A stretch of DNA of 63,636 nucleotides, filler included, from Collodictyon triciliatum (GCA_043381765.1; 8 parts of 8 records of this genome joined end to end with filler, not necessarily neighbours in it), one strand, 5' to 3'. Counted from the whole stretch's first letter, positions 29,551 through 51,110 are shown. The notes: a model not told the origin generated them from the sequence alone. Program-made: numbers and translations.

Positions 29551-29650
29551 NNNNNNNNNNNNNNNNNNNNNNNNNNNNNNNNNNNNNNNNNNNNTTAATT
29601 AATTAANNNNNNNNNNNNNNNNNNNNNNNNNNNNNNNNNNNNNNNNNNNN

Positions 29651-29746
<96 letters not shown>

Positions 29747-29867
29747 AAGGAAGAGACGATGAACTTGTTGATTTATCCAGGTGATTATCAAAACATTGAA
29801 AAATGAGAAACACAGAAAAGCGATTGTATAAAATTAATTTTTTTTTTCAAAGAAATATCACTCAAAC

Positions 29868-32800
29868 CCCCATATGACGCGATGTTTCTCTGTTTGTTTG
29901 TTCAAGAAGTGTGGCCACTTGTAGGTGATAAGCTCGTAGCTGAATTTGTACTTTTTTGAAAAGGCTGGCAAATAGTGCTATTTTGTTGTTTGCGTTTAAA
30001 AGGTTTTTTTTTTTGTTTTTGTTTTTTATGGCGCTGGAACTCTAAAAAAAACGTATGCACACGATGCAGGTGTTGAAATGTATTAAAAGAGTTAGTTGAA
30101 TGTAACTCGCCTTGAACCGGGGTGACAAGTAGTTTTTCAATATCCAAAATTTGACTGGATTTTTTGTGTTCTTTGTGACGCTGTACATCATAATCCTCAA
30201 GAACCGCTCGTATAGATGCCCAGAAGCGACGGAAAAAATGTGAATGGTCTCTGTGGCATTCCCAGTTTCGGGCTTTGAGAAGAGGCTAATATACCAGAAA
30301 AAAATGTAACGGAGGTGTAAGATCATTTGGATAAATCTCATTCTTACTATGTGGAATACAATACACTTATTTTTAAGGAGATAGATAAAGAAGGGATACA
30401 TGAAAGAGTAAAATATTTTCATATTCCTTCTCTTTTCACCTTCCCAAAACACCCCATACACTCTCCTGAGTCTTTTCATGAGTAACAGTAGCGTCATCCA
30501 AAAGATCGAGACTGAGTTTATCGCTTTTCTTCTCTGCCTGTAGATTGTTTACAAAACAAGGTAGAATATCAATATATGCGTCGAATGTATACATCAAAAA
30601 GGAGAAAGACAAGATTTTATCTAAAAACATGGATAACAATAACAACATACTGCCTAATGTAGCATATAGATAATAATTCATATATTAATATTCTTGATAA
30701 TCCCAATATTTTTAATTTGCTTATTTTAAAAAATGGCAAGATTATACATAAAGCCTAAAGTCCAGTCCCAAAAAACTGGTGAGCGCTAGATGAGCGCCCA
30801 GTTTCGACGAAGAATCTTTGGAGAGAATGGCACTCTGTGCAGTGACAGAAATGTCATAAAAATCGGTACTTCTCCCTGGGTGATGAAAAAGATGAATGTA
30901 AATTGTAGTATTCCATGAATTTAGAGTTTCCTGACCCATGATAAATTCCACTACCAACACTACAGTACGCATGAGTCTTGGAATTAATTGAAAGAGTAAA
31001 ATCTAAGAAGCACGCCTCTACCTGGAGCGAGTTGGAGCTTGTAAACTCCAGGATTGGACTGCAGTTGGAAATAACCCAGATTCGCCATAACAGTGGTGTC
31101 TTTAATATGTGTCTGGGACTTTGTTCCGAGAATGAGCTGAAGGCCTCTTGGTGGTTGCTGAAATTGGTCGAAGCATCGCCCTTTTTTTTTTTAAAAAAAA
31201 AACAACAACAACAAAAAACAAAAAAAAACATTAATTGAAATATATGTTATGCATCAATAGAATTATATAAAGTAATTTACGTAATTTGTTATTTTTTTAA
31301 AAGTCTGGAATCACAAAGAGTAGATTATATAAGCTCAGTTACCTGTAATAAGAATATTCTCCAGTTCTAGTGCTGTTGTTAGTGTACGAACACCAGCCGG
31401 AAGGTCTTTCAGGACGATGTTATCTAAATCATACTTTGTTTCTTGAATCCCAACCATCCACGCCTCCATCACATCTATGTTCAGCGTAAGTGTTTTGTGC
31501 TCCGGCAATCCTTCGAATGTGGCAGCTTGGTTATAGAGCAGCCTTGGTGATTTCATTTATCAGTTAGGAAAACAGATGAAAAGAAAAAGACAAAGAAAAG
31601 ACAAAGAAAAGACAAAGAAAAGACAAAGAAAAGACAAAGAAAAGACAAAGAAAAGACAAAGAAAGGACAAAGAAAAGACAAAGAAAAGACAAGAAAAGAC
31701 AAGAAAAGACAAGAAAGACAAGAAAAAGACAAGAAAAGACAAAGAAAAGACAAGAAAAAGACAAGAAAAAGACAAGAAAAAGACAAGAAAAAGACAAAGA
31801 AAAAGACAAAGAAAAGAAAATTGTAAAGCGAGGATAATGCACACTTTCCAGTCTCATCGAATTGGAGTTCATGTTGGACAACATAGCGATAGAAGGACTT
31901 GAGGGGCTTCTCGCCAATATTCATGGACGGATTCCAGAAAATCTTAATATCTGCATCAAAGTAGTCTCGGAATAACTATTGGATAATATCAAGCTTGATT
32001 AAATGGGCTAATGAGAAAGGCACGCAAGACTTATCCTTTATTCATATAAAAAAGTCACACGATAGGAATTTTTAAATCAAACTTTGATTATGATGATAAA
32101 TAAATAAATAAAAAATAATAATAATTAGACGATTATTGACCCAAGTTATGAACGCGGACTACCTTAAGGATTTGTGATGCCTTTTGTGCGTAGCGAGACA
32201 GCGGATTTATAATACCAGTCAAGGATAAACCAACATTCCCCATCGACACATACATTCTTATTGTTTATGTTTACAAAGGTGCAAAAAGTATAAAGTAAGT
32301 TGGCTGCGAAAGTGAGGATAACTAAATTTCATGTCCAATCAAGTATAAAAATAATGGATATCATGGTGGTAAATATGAGTCTTTGTTTCGAATAAAGACG
32401 AAACCGAAAAAAAATATCGGTCTTAAAGCAAAATATGCAACTTACACATCATGGTTTTCATGCGCTTGAATATTTTCGCGATTACCGAAATTCGATGACC
32501 ACACCGTTGAAGTAAGATACATAATGATATCAGAAAGTTCGTGTGGGCTATGATTTGATGAGAGTTTTTCCAATTGTTAAAATGATAATAATCAGCCAAT
32601 GTGTATGAAAATAATGTTACAGATATATAAAGAGAATAAACCGGGAACATATTATATCCGCGAGCACAGTTGGAAAATTATAATAAAGTATTAAAACACA
32701 AATGAAGAGAGAAGGTTGTCCACCTTGCAGTTACCAAAAGATAGATGAATAGAGATTATACCCGGGTGTATCGTGGCCATCGGCCAGCCAGAATTGGGTG

Positions 32801-33699
32801 ATAACATCCTTCATGTGTTTCGAGCGTGATTCGTATTCATATAGTTGTAACATCTCAAATTCTCCATCTTCAAGAGGCTCGTCGGATTTAAGCGACAAAA
32901 TCTGGTAACAATGTGTTGCTTAATTTTTCCGATTTTTTTTAGATTCAATACACGAACAGTTGAAAATACGCAATTAAGGTACATTATATAAAAACAATAG
33001 AACTTTATGAAGTAGAATCAAAATTAAATGAGCCATCCAAAAATGAATCACCCTTCCGTTGACCACTAAAGAAAACGAAGATTCGCCTACATGTCTGAAG
33101 CAAACGCGAGAAAACTAAAGAATAATACCATAATTGTATGTTTATCTATTGGAGTTTAAAACGAAGATTTTAAATAGTTTTTCGCTGTAGGGAATCGATT
33201 TATTTCACCTCATCGAGCGTGTGGTCAGCGTTGCCTTTGTCAAACTCAGGTATATCGATGTTATATTTTCGAAAAAGTTGTTCAAATTCTATTATGCACA
33301 GTTAAATTAGGTGCGTTAGTATTGTATACATAATTTTGTAAAAAAAAAAATAAAAAAAATTGATCAAACGAGAAATACAGATTACAATCGTACTTTGTGT
33401 TCACAGTTTTTCATATTCAATAAAACCTTCTGCTAGACTTTGGATGTCAGTGTTGCTTCTCGCAATTGTGAGATATTCTTTGGCAAAAGTGATTCTTTCT
33501 TCCGACTTCAGAATATTCAGAGCTCTTTGAAGGCGAAGCGAAGGTGGATTCGAGCCTAGTAATAAATCAGTATCAAACACTATTGTAACAATTATCAAAA
33601 CGAGTAAACAATAATGCGTATTTGTTTTGGTAAAAGGATATCTAGACATACTTGAGATGGGAACGAAAGCCAATCGAGTTGTCAATTTCTGTAAAAAGG

Positions 33700-33738
<39 letters not shown>

Positions 33739-36700
33739 AAAGAAAAGGAAAAATTAGCTGGCGAAATACTTGAAAATAAAAAAAAAGCAAAGCATAAATG
33801 AGAACAATTCAGCATATAGCGCAGCTTTGAACCTAACTCAACCAAACTGCCACGAGAAAAATGAAACGTAATTCAATTTAACTTAATAAAAAAAATACCA
33901 ATTCGTTGAGGGCTACGAGAGCTGATGAGATAGATTCTTTCTCTTTCAAGTCAGAGCAAACAAACGCTGATAGGTATTTTGGCAGATTCTCTTGGTCTGG
34001 TTAATGGAAATTGAATATATATATATAAATGAACGATTGAGATGTTTATCCAAATTACCAAAAAAAGATGAAAATAGACGAATATTTCCCCATTCTAAAA
34101 TTTTATACTTTCATTGAGTTCGACAAAACCCAAGGAGTCTGCCAGGGTTGCCTTCTTATCTCCTTGTGCGGCTGGCGGTGTGGAGTGTCTAGGATGTGAT
34201 TTAAACATATGTTCTTGCGATATTTCATATATAAATTGATTCGCTACTTTCGCTATGTAAAGGACACAAACTTGAGCTCATCAACCAATGATACAAATGG
34301 TGGTTGGTGGTTGGCATCCTGTGATGGTATGATTCTCGAATTCATCTTGGCAAAAACACCTTTGAAAGTAGAAAGTACTCGTTATGAAGTGTAAATATGA
34401 ATCAATGTGAATCAATGTGCGACGTGTATCATTGCAATCATGTGTAATCTCGCAGTCTAAATGATGATAAAATATTTGCTGTTGTAATTTTTTTATATTT
34501 GTATTTGTTTTTAGTAATTTCATAACCTGGCTGCGATAAAATGAAGTTATACGGGTTTTTCTTGTCAGTAAGCTCTCCAGATTCAACAAATCTTGTGAAA
34601 ATCCCTTCTTCCTTGAAAAATAGGCTGTTCATGTACCCAAATGGCTAATTGTGGTGTTTGTTAGTTGTTTACATAATAGTAAGGCAATATTTTGAATCGA
34701 ATAAAGGAAACAAATATAAAAGTAAGGTATTGTTCCACATTGATTTTAGCAGGAAACTCAAAGTGCGAATCATAAATTTTCAAGGTAGTAAACTTACGTT
34801 GTATCCACTGAAAGGTTGTCCGTTAAAGAACATCGTTGGGAAATTTTGGATGTTTGCACGTTTCACAAATGATTCAGCACTTTCCATTTCATTGTTGTCA
34901 GATGAATCCACAAAATCAGAAAAAGGACGAATAGATTTTCCCCTCGCAATGTTTCTTGTTTGGAAAAAAAACCAAATGAGATATTAAATCGGTGTAAAAA
35001 TGTGTGATAATTGTGTGTCTTACAGGATTTCATGAATGTTATTGCCTCAATAAAGAAAGATCAATTGAAATACGAATAAATAATTTGTACTTTTTTACAA
35101 AGTCGTAACCTCTACTGACAGTATCTAAGGTTATTTCCTCATCATCAGACGCTCTTCCATGGTGCCAAATCTTTGTTAAAATGATAGAGAAAGTGCCAAA
35201 TTTAAGGGGGAGAATTGCATTTGCATAAGGCGGGGTTTGGTATGTTGCGATACTACACAAGGTATTATACCCCTTTAAATCGAATAAAGAAGGGGGAAAA
35301 AATGAAGGACACTCTACCCCTTCAAAGAGGCCCAAAGCACTGGGACCGACAGTCTTCGAGAGATACCGGAAAACAGCATCGATTGTTCGGCATAATTCTT
35401 TCAGATGCGGTGACTCGTTTTCTGTTGAATACACCAATCGTGTGGATTTCAAAGAGGAGAAAAGATCGAACGAGGAAAATAACATCATTCTTAACATAGG
35501 AAGTAACTTACGGCCAGGAACGTAAAAAACAACACCAAAGCGGAGCGGAGCACTCCTCACAACATGCTGGTATATCTCTCCGTAAAGCTCCAAGTTTCTT
35601 TGGTCAAGGGGATTTAACACAAAGACAGTGGTGTATAAATTCTTTGCAATAAAATGGGGCATCCCCATCATGGATGGTTGTAAGAGCTGTTTATCAGGTA
35701 AATGTCGCGTAAGCAAACAATAGTTAAGAGAAAAGAAAAGAAAAAGAGTGACAAATTCATCAAAATAATGAGAAAATTACTACAAGAACTGTATAGCTAG
35801 GATGGCAGGATAGAAAAACAAGGTAAAGACAAGCTCACCTCTTTCACCGTCTTTGGCCAGCGGGAATAAGATGCGTCGTTCTCGAGGTCATTCAAAAATA
35901 TGACAGCATCAGAGCGAGAATCAACACGGTAGGAGAACGGCCTATTCGTTAGAATGTGCGAAAAAAAAAGTAATGCAATGTTTTGGAGGCTTCTTATACG
36001 TTATCGATCCTTTAAATACTTGATAATTAATTATGATAAGGGCCATCGTGGATCTTTTTTTTTCTTTCATATTTTAAAATGAAAAATAAAGCTTGTCATG
36101 CTCTCTTAATTCGTATTAACACGCCTCATACTTTTCTCTGAGCTCTTGAATTTTGGCTGATATTGAAGGAAGGATTTTGGCTGAGATTCCTGTGGCATCG
36201 AGCTTCCTCAAAAACCCAAACTCAGACATGAGCAGAGAAAATAACCTTAAAAAAACAAGGAATTAAAATAATTCCGCAAAAAAGAAAAAAAAAAGAAAGA
36301 ATAAGGTATAACACACGGGCAAGCGAGTAACAGAATACCTGTGGGGATTCATGTCGTCAAGGTCCATGCTTCTTCCATTCAACAACAAATAATTGTTGCC
36401 ATCTCCAAAGGTCGACTGGTGGTATGAAAGCAAGCTGTGGAGGGACATATCAGTCGGTATATTTGTCAGCACCGTGGCCAATGATGGATAATTTTGAGAT
36501 ATTGTTTGCAGCGAATGCAGTGGGTCGGAGCTTTTCATAATTGCCTGTGCAGCTTGCGTCCCTAGAACTATATGTCATGGTGAGTATATTTTTGTGATTG
36601 GGGTAAGGCTTCAAAATATTATTTTTTTTTTAAAAAAAAAAAAAAAGTAATGAGAATATAAGAATAGTGCCCATAGGACAGACTCAATTAAGAACAGTAC

Positions 36701-37417
36701 CCAGATGGATACTTTAATAAATGAAAAATAATTAAAGATAGAAAAAATGAGCATATAGATTCTTTTTTTTTTATTCTTCCTTTCAACTTTTGTGCAGGAC
36801 CGAGGGAGCATATAGATTCATGATAATAAAAGTACATTTCATCTGCTCTTCCTCAAGGTCACGGAAGGTTTGGTTATGAAATAACTGAATCAATTCATGC
36901 TTCATATTTGGCCAGTTGTCAGAAACGATGTCCAGAAGGAATTTTTCAAGGTTGGTCTACAGCCAAAGTGATACATTTTGGAAAGAAAAATGCATTTATA
37001 AACAAGACCTTATTTATTTGGAAGATTTGGATATTGATTGAAATTGTGAGGAGGGCACGTTTCAAACTCAAAAGTATGTAAATAAATACTTCATCCTTGG
37101 ATTCTATAACGCCCCCTTTGAATTCGTAAGGAACTAATAGAAGAGATGAAAAATTAGACATGAACAATATCAAATTCAACGTACGACTTTATAAAAATAT
37201 AATGTGTTTCATAAGATTCCGTCCTCGTGAAACTCACCAGATTTTTCGGCAGAAAAACTATCATCAATAACAGGATATTCTGTATTCTTAATTGCCATTT
37301 CAATTCCATATCCTTGCAACAAAATTGGCGGCAATGAGAAATGTCTCCAATCAAAAGGCCTCAGTACATAGTTAATTTGACCCTATATATAAATAGCCTT
37401 CTTATTATTACAGTTCA

Positions 37418-37486
<69 letters not shown>

Positions 37487-39148
37487 CGAAATATGGGACT
37501 CAAACATTGGAAATTCATTATATGTTGTTTCGAAAAGAAAGCTTTATCCAAACCGAAATTGAGAGTGATTTGAGAATCTTATGATTTTCAAGAAACTCAG
37601 GCTCCAGAATCGAACCGTGAAGGATGACCGTGGGTCTGCCTTCAGTAAAAGTTCCATAAACATGGTCGGATTTGTAGATTGTTTGACTAAAATGATTATT
37701 GTATCATATATTTGTTAATTTGGAACATGATATGCATCATTAAATGAGTCCAGTGACATATATGAAGTTTAGAAAAAAGTTTCTGATATGATTTTGAATG
37801 AAACAAACCGGAACAATTCAACGTTGTGCACAAATCCATTGTTGATTGAATTCACGACATGCTCAACCTCGCACTGGATTGATTTCTTTCCATCAACAAC
37901 GAACCAAATGGAGCAGTCCTTGGACTTTTTCAACTGAATTAAAAAAAAAGAGATAATTGTACTATTAAATATCGTAGAGGATATATCATGTTAAATAATC
38001 TTTATTGATATAATATGCGCACAAATAAATGAATGGAACCGCTTTTATTTTCTAGATGGAATACAAGGATCATAAATTTAAGAATATATTGGTCTTTTGG
38101 TCGTAGTTTTTTTTTGTTGGTTTTCATCCTCACAAATACAACATGTAGGTTTGTAAAACTTACCTGAATATACTCGCCTGTATTTTCATACCATGTTTCA
38201 TTTGCGGTGTGATGAAAGGAAGCTATCAAAGGAGAGTAATAGCGCAGAGAAAGTCCCCACTTGAATAATTTCTCAGCCAGGCTTGAAACTTTCTTGGAGT
38301 ATGAGTGGAACAAAGTCCTGGACAAATCCAAAATATGGTCGTATTCTTGTTTGTCTGACTTTTGTGCTTGAAACTTCTCCACAAACTCCCAGAATTGAGC
38401 ACCGTTTTCAGAAAAATATTCTCTATTGGAAGGTAATAAAAAGGGCAATGAATCAATTCAATATCAGGAGTTTTATAATCACACAACAAGAATACCAAGA
38501 CACGCAATGATAATCGTAAAGAATTGTACATAAAAGGTATATCACGTTGCGTATTATATAGGCGTGCGATTGCTTTCACATTTGGACTATACAGAAGTTA
38601 CATACGCTGCCTCAAGTGCAAGAGGGGTTTGTCCCCACTGCGGTCGCATCAGAACTTGAATTTTTCGAGTGTCGTCTGAAAGCCCCTGATATTATATTAT
38701 TTTTACGATATTGAAAAGTAGTTGGTTGAGATGCAATCATGTTAATATTACACCCATCTCGCACAGAAGATTACAAAAAGACAAAATATATCACCGTTTC
38801 ATAATTATTCAATTGTGAGATTGATAGAAGAAAAAGAACGATAATTGGTGAGTTTTTATTAATTTATTTTAAGTTTAAAATAAACCCCAACTGTCCCCTC
38901 AGAATATTTAATGAAATGGAATGATTAAAATCAGGCTTTATATGAGAAGCGAAAAGGAAAGTAGAGGGCTCACTTCAAGGGTTTATGGGGGTGTGTTGGA
39001 GAGTTACCTCGTTTTCTTTGTATTCTTTTTCAGTTGCTGCTGCGACACTCATGAGGATCCCAGCAAAAATCAGCACAGACACCGAGTGAATTGGAATGAA
39101 CGTGCGTTGAAGACGAGGATGGTCTGCTCTAGAATGTCGAGGCTTCAT
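29868..39148 (-). CDS. UGGT: UDP-glucose:glycoprotein glucosyltransferase, many exons, 3' end truncated by contig
   Basis: Signal peptide exon, then [42 protein letters not shown]...[20 protein letters not shown]24 signature [45 protein letters not shown]|...[23 protein letters not shown]. Confidence 0.97.
31583..31818. repeat. (AAAGACAAAGA)n minisatellite inside a UGGT intron
   Basis: Tandem 11-mer units and variants. Confidence 0.9.
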
Positions 39149-39386
39149 CGCTTCAAAGATGTGTGTTCTGATTGAGTTGAGTCCGCATTAAGGTTAACTG
39201 TGAGTTAGAGCAGGTAAAAAGTTTTTTCTTTTTCTTTTTCTTTTTCTTTTTCTTTTTCTTTTCTTTTTCTTTTCTTTTTCTTTTTTGTTTTTTTGTCATT
39301 TATTTTTTGTTAAACATTTTTCTTTTTCTTCTTTTCTTTTTTTGTTTTTTTGTTTTTTTATTTTTTTATTTTTTTGTTTTTTTGTT

Positions 39387-39429
<43 letters not shown>

Positions 39430-39529
39430 NNNNNNNNNNNNNNNNNNNNNNNNNNNNNNNNNNNNNNNNNNNNTTAATTAATTAANNNNNNNNNNNNNNN
39501 NNNNNNNNNNNNNNNNNNNNNNNNNNNNN

Positions 39530-39887
39530 GCAGAGAAGTCCTCTTTGCACTCGACCTAGTGCTTATCAAACGAACCTCACTTCTCTTTTCACCATCCTTT
39601 TCGACACCTTGCGCCATCAAAGCAGTATCCCCCCTCCTCCATCCAATAAATATCACCCGTCCCTTTTTTACATACTCGTGGGACACTATCACGCGTCCCC
39701 AAAAGAAATCCATGCGTCTCTTATCAAGCCTCAAGGACATCTCTTTTCCCTTTTTTTTTATCTTTATCCCTGTTTTTCTTTTTCTATCTCCCACACACCC
39801 CCACCTACCTTGGAACTACTTGCCTGATGGTTGAATGAAAGATTGTTGAGACGGGCTCAACAGCTAAGACTTTTAGAATAAAAAAAT
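39530..39887 (+). mobile_element. 3' end of a non-LTR retroelement (ORF tail, pyrimidine tract, hairpin, oligo-A)
   Basis: 39670-39887 is nearly identical to 49399-49619. Both copies end in the same A-tail and then diverge. Confidence 0.7.
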
Positions 39888-40275
39888 TGTGTAGAGGGCA
39901 CCAACTGATTCATCACGCCGAGAAGGGCAAATCAAATGTACAAACTACGCATTAATATCTATCAGAGTATTGTATCTACACATCCATCCAATTATATCAG
40001 CCCAATGAGGACAACCAGAGTATTTTCAGCATAATTACGCCGAATATATTAAAATACAGTGACGATTCTCTTTTCCAGTGAATAACTCTATTTGCTACAT
40101 AGCCTCTCATAATTTTATGGTGCATAAAGTGAAGAAAAATGTGGTACTGTTATAGCTTGAAGTTTTAGCACCAACTATCGCTGCATATCGTATATCACCC
40201 GTAAGGGCACACGGCTTTTAATTTATTAGATTGGGAGTAATTCTGGTGTGCACCCCTCATCTCTACCATTATGAA

Positions 40276-42373
40276 TCACACTTTAGCTTTCTTCTTTCGC
40301 TTCAGGGCCATCTCTTGAGCATACTGAATGGCCTTCGCTTTCAATGCATCCAACTGCCCATTCTTTTTCAGAATATTCCTATACTCGGTGCATTGCTGTG
40401 GAGAAACGCCTTTTGTATATCGTAAGCTTAGAAAATTCATCACAATTCGTAAGAGGCATGGAGGAGTATTGATTAATGCCTTTCTTTTGAAAACCAAAGA
40501 AAACATGGGGAAACCCTAATTGACCTTACAAAATTAGATTCCTTACCGTTCCCGACATACTCGGCAATACGCTTGTTACCCTTTTGGTCTCTGGAGTACT
40601 TTACAAATGCCTCGGCGTATCTAGGTTACATTTAATGTGAAACTATCAACAAAAAGAAAAAATTGCCATGATTTTTCCAGATTATATGAATTTTTTTCTT
40701 TAAAAAACATCTCGGGAGTATATTAACACGTATCGAAATATGAACCTCTTCTTTTCCTCCTCTGTCCATTTGTGTTTCCCTCTCATGAATTGGCGCTTTT
40801 CGACCTCACTAGCCGAGTGGTGAAAAGCGTCATATCTGGCTAAAACATCGTTCAGCTGTGCGGAGCTATTATCTGTTTTTTTTTTTTAAAAAAAAAATGT
40901 CAGTAAATGAAGGGTAAATCTCGGAATCATACGATATGTGCTATCAAATAAACCAAAAATATAGGCGATGTTTTTCAAATGATACATTACAGTTTTGTAA
41001 AGTAAACGTGAGTATCATGAAAATAAAAACCTTCTTCTTTGGGTAAGAGATTCTACTCATCACCAGGGCATGGAAAGAAGGACATTAGTATTCATTTGTT
41101 TATGCGTAATAACATCAGCGTGAATAAAAAAAAGTGAGCTACAGAGAAAAACAATCACCAAATATGCGCCCTCGTCTCGAATTTTTCCGAGAATCTCATC
41201 TAAGATGCTTTCTTCTGGGTCTTTTTTTTTTTTTAAAAAAAAAGATAGTAATAAAAAAAGAAAAGATTAATAAATATGTTTCAAACTCGGTATATATCTT
41301 TACTATAATGCCTCGATTAACATAGCTATTATCCTTTAAGAATGGACTTACTTTTCTTTAAAAAAAACTTTTCCTCTGTGGCAAGATTTATAATATCGGT
41401 CTGAACATCATAAGTGCGGAGGCATATCTGGAACATGTTTAATGATGTATCAAATAGCTATCCAGTTTCATATCAGACCCTTTCATGGAGATATGCTTGA
41501 TGTAAGAAAACATACGGAGAGATGAAGAACAAAATTATTCAGAAACTCAATTGCAACATTAAGGAATGAGCTAGAAACGCCAAGAATCGTATACTATGTA
41601 ACGTTGACTTGTATACCTTTTCATCCTGTGACAATGAATTGACTAATTTGATGTATAAATCAGGTATTGTATTGGCCTTAATGCACAAGACAGCGCCATT
41701 TACGATTTTGTTGCTGGGCTTCATTGAAAAAGATAGATTGGGTTAAGAAACCATAATATTCAGAATTGTAAGTAAAAAATTTAAAAGGTAAGGGTAATTA
41801 GGTTATCATGTATTTATCCATTTATTATATTTTAGATATTATTTGAGTTCCTGTGTTTTGCGTATTTGATATCATAGGAATGATTGTTTGTTCAAATCAA
41901 CTCTTACTCCTTCGCTCAATCTCTTACTAGTTTGCGTAGTTCGGCGCGTTTCTGTTGTTTTTATTATAAAAAAAAAGTATGTTATCGATTAATTTATTCA
42001 TTTCCTCAGTTGTATTTAACGAAGAAATGAAATTATTATTGGCAATTATACATAACATTATATAGCATTACATATTAACAATTAGAATAAAAAAAAACAA
42101 ATATAAGAAACGTATGCCAACCAAAGAATAAACCATACTCGTTGGGGGACTCATCCTTCCTTTTGTAACGTCTGTTGCAGCGTTTCTATTCCCTTGGCCT
42201 CTTTGCTCAGCCTCAGAAAACTGGGTTACAGTTAATCCTCGCTTCTTTCTGCTGTTTTCCTCGGTGCCGTTGCGATCTTTGGTCTTGCTGTTGGCGGCCG
42301 CTACTCCAGAGTCAAACGCCTTTCGTGTCTGGCAGCGCGGAAAGCTTTTGTTTGGCACAGCCGAGTCGCTCAT
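40276..42373 (-). CDS. Myb/SANT-domain protein, multi-exon
   Basis: KHKWTEEEKK|RYAEAFVKYSRDQKGNKRIAEYVGN...VSPQQCTEY, with a basic C-terminal NLS (KRKKKAKV*). Confidence 0.7.
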
Positions 42374-42584
42374 CCCGTGTGTGTCTTAAAAGCAGAGGTT
42401 CGACTGATCGATGCAGAGGCTGACTAGTAATCTCAAGTGCTGACAGGAACGTGTGTGGACTCGTCTGCCCAGCAGCGATCATGCATCCGTTCGTTTTACT
42501 TTTCTTTTTTTTTTCCTTTTCCTTCTTTCTCAGTCTCAACTTTTGCCTTCTCGTTTCTTTTTCTTTTTGATTATCTTTCCTTCG

Positions 42585-42667
<83 letters not shown>

Positions 42668-42748
42668 TTTGCTTTGTTTCTTTGTTTCTTTGTTTTGTTA
42701 TTTGCTTTGCTAGCTGTCCAAGTGCCGCGTCAGTTCTGCAAAGAGCTT

Positions 42749-49211
<6,463 letters not shown>

Positions 49212-49395
49212 TATTTTAAATTCAGTTTTGTTATTTGCTCATCCACACTTCTTATCAAAAGAAGGAAAAAAAAAAAAAGGGGGGGGGGGGGGGGGNNNNN
49301 NNNNNNNNNNNNNNNNNNNNNNNNNNNNNNNNNNNNNNNTTAATTAATTAANNNNNNNNNNNNNNNNNNNNNNNNNNNNNNNNNNNNNNNNNNNN

Positions 49396-49619
49396 TTCTC
49401 ATACTCGTGGGACACTATCACGCGTCCCCAAAAGAAATCCATGCGTTTCTTATCAAGCCTCAAGGACCTCTCTTTTCCCTTTTTTCTTTATTTTTATCCC
49501 TGTTTTTCTTTTTCTATCTTCCACACATCACCACCTACTTTGGAACTACTTGCCTGATGGTTGAATGAAAGATTGTTGAGACGGGCTCAACAGCTAAGAC
49601 TTTTAGAATAAAAAAAAAA
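49396..49619 (+). mobile_element. Second copy of the retroelement 3' end seen at 39670-39887
   Basis: Near-identical sequence ending in AGAATAAAAAAAAA. Confidence 0.7.
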
Positions 49620-49722
49620 TGTAAACACAAGTTTCATCGATGGTCACAACAAACAGGGCTCGACCATGACTCACGAAGGATTTTATTTTAATATATTTTT
49701 CAATCATTAGTCCAGTTATTCG

Positions 49723-51063
49723 TCAATCCAAGAGTGGATCGAATAGACGTGTTTTTTTTGTTAATGATTTCATCTTAAATATCCTTTGCTTGATGATTCC
49801 ACTCTTGCTTTGGGGAAGAATAAAAGCAATCAGTAAGTAGTACACCAGCCACATAGTGTTCATTCCTATTAGTGACACAGTAATCCAGGCTTGCGAGCCA
49901 AGAGAAGTTGATAAAAGCGAAAGAAAAAAAGAAACAAATATGATATATAAGCTCGAAAGTTCCATTTGGTTCTCAATTTTCGATTTGTATGGTTTGTATT
50001 CCTTTTGCATCCAGATAGAACCCTACCACAGTATAGTTTCAAATAGATATTAGGTCATAATAGGTTAAAGATGAAAATTACAAACCCCAATAAATTGTTC
50101 TTTTTTTTTAAAAAAAAAAAACCTGGATAATAATGACGAGCAGCAGAAAGAAAACGGATGGGATAGTGTATGGAATCACACTTAGTATGAAAGAGAATGC
50201 AATACGACGCACTATAATGACGAACTCCCAATACTTAAACGTCTAAGTAAAATATTTTGTTAATTAATCATGTGTGTTAACAAAGATGCTATTTAATACC
50301 GAATACCTCTTTGTAAGGCAAGTACAAAAATCCATATCTTGCTCCTGGTTCATATCCACGTTTCTCAAACATCGTTTTTACTTTCCACCACGTAAAGACT
50401 GGCAATCCAAGCAAAAATAAAACAAAAGTAGGGACGGCTAATGCCAGCAATTTCATATATTCCTCAGAAGTTGGGCTACATTGTATCCAAGGAGCATAAT
50501 TAAGATACCAATTACCCTCGCCGGTATCATATACAGTGCATCCCAAAACTCCAAATACTTCTCTTGCGACCGAGTAGTAAATGAAAAATAAAAGATTCAG
50601 GGTGATAAACACCGCCTAATATGTATTAACTCATCAATGCAAAATGATAATGGTGATTACATGGTCTGAAAAAATGTGAAATTCATGATTCAGTCACTAC
50701 CTTATTTTGACTGTGGCCGTGGCCAAAGTAATATGTGACTGAACCAACTGCAATAAACATCGGTATTCTGGCAAAACTCAAAACAAGAGAGTCAAACACA
50801 CTATTTTTTGAAAAGACACAAGATAGCTTCAGAAATTGGATTGAACTAATAGATGAACATATATCGACGAATTTGTTCGCGTAGTCAGATTGGATCGGGC
50901 CTGACGAAACAATCGAAAGGGTTTGCATGTGAAACAACATGATTCGGAAGCTCGCTGTATTTTTTTTTTTTTTTGCAAAAATAAAATAAATATATGCATA
51001 TAAAAAAACTTTGGCATTCAGCCAGTTGTTGGCACAGGTGCCAATAATAAAGGACACTGCGAA

Positions 51064-51110
<47 letters not shown>

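Noticed and set aside
33630-33642. ATATCCTT on the minus strand as a U12 AT-AC donor (also at ~48703-48711)
   Set aside because: Both lie inside introns already explained by in-frame canonical GT donors (GTATGT, GTGCAT).
39822-39862. CTGATGG...GAAA as a hammerhead ribozyme
   Set aside because: The core A9 is missing (CUGAUGG) and no stem II or flanking stems could be formed.
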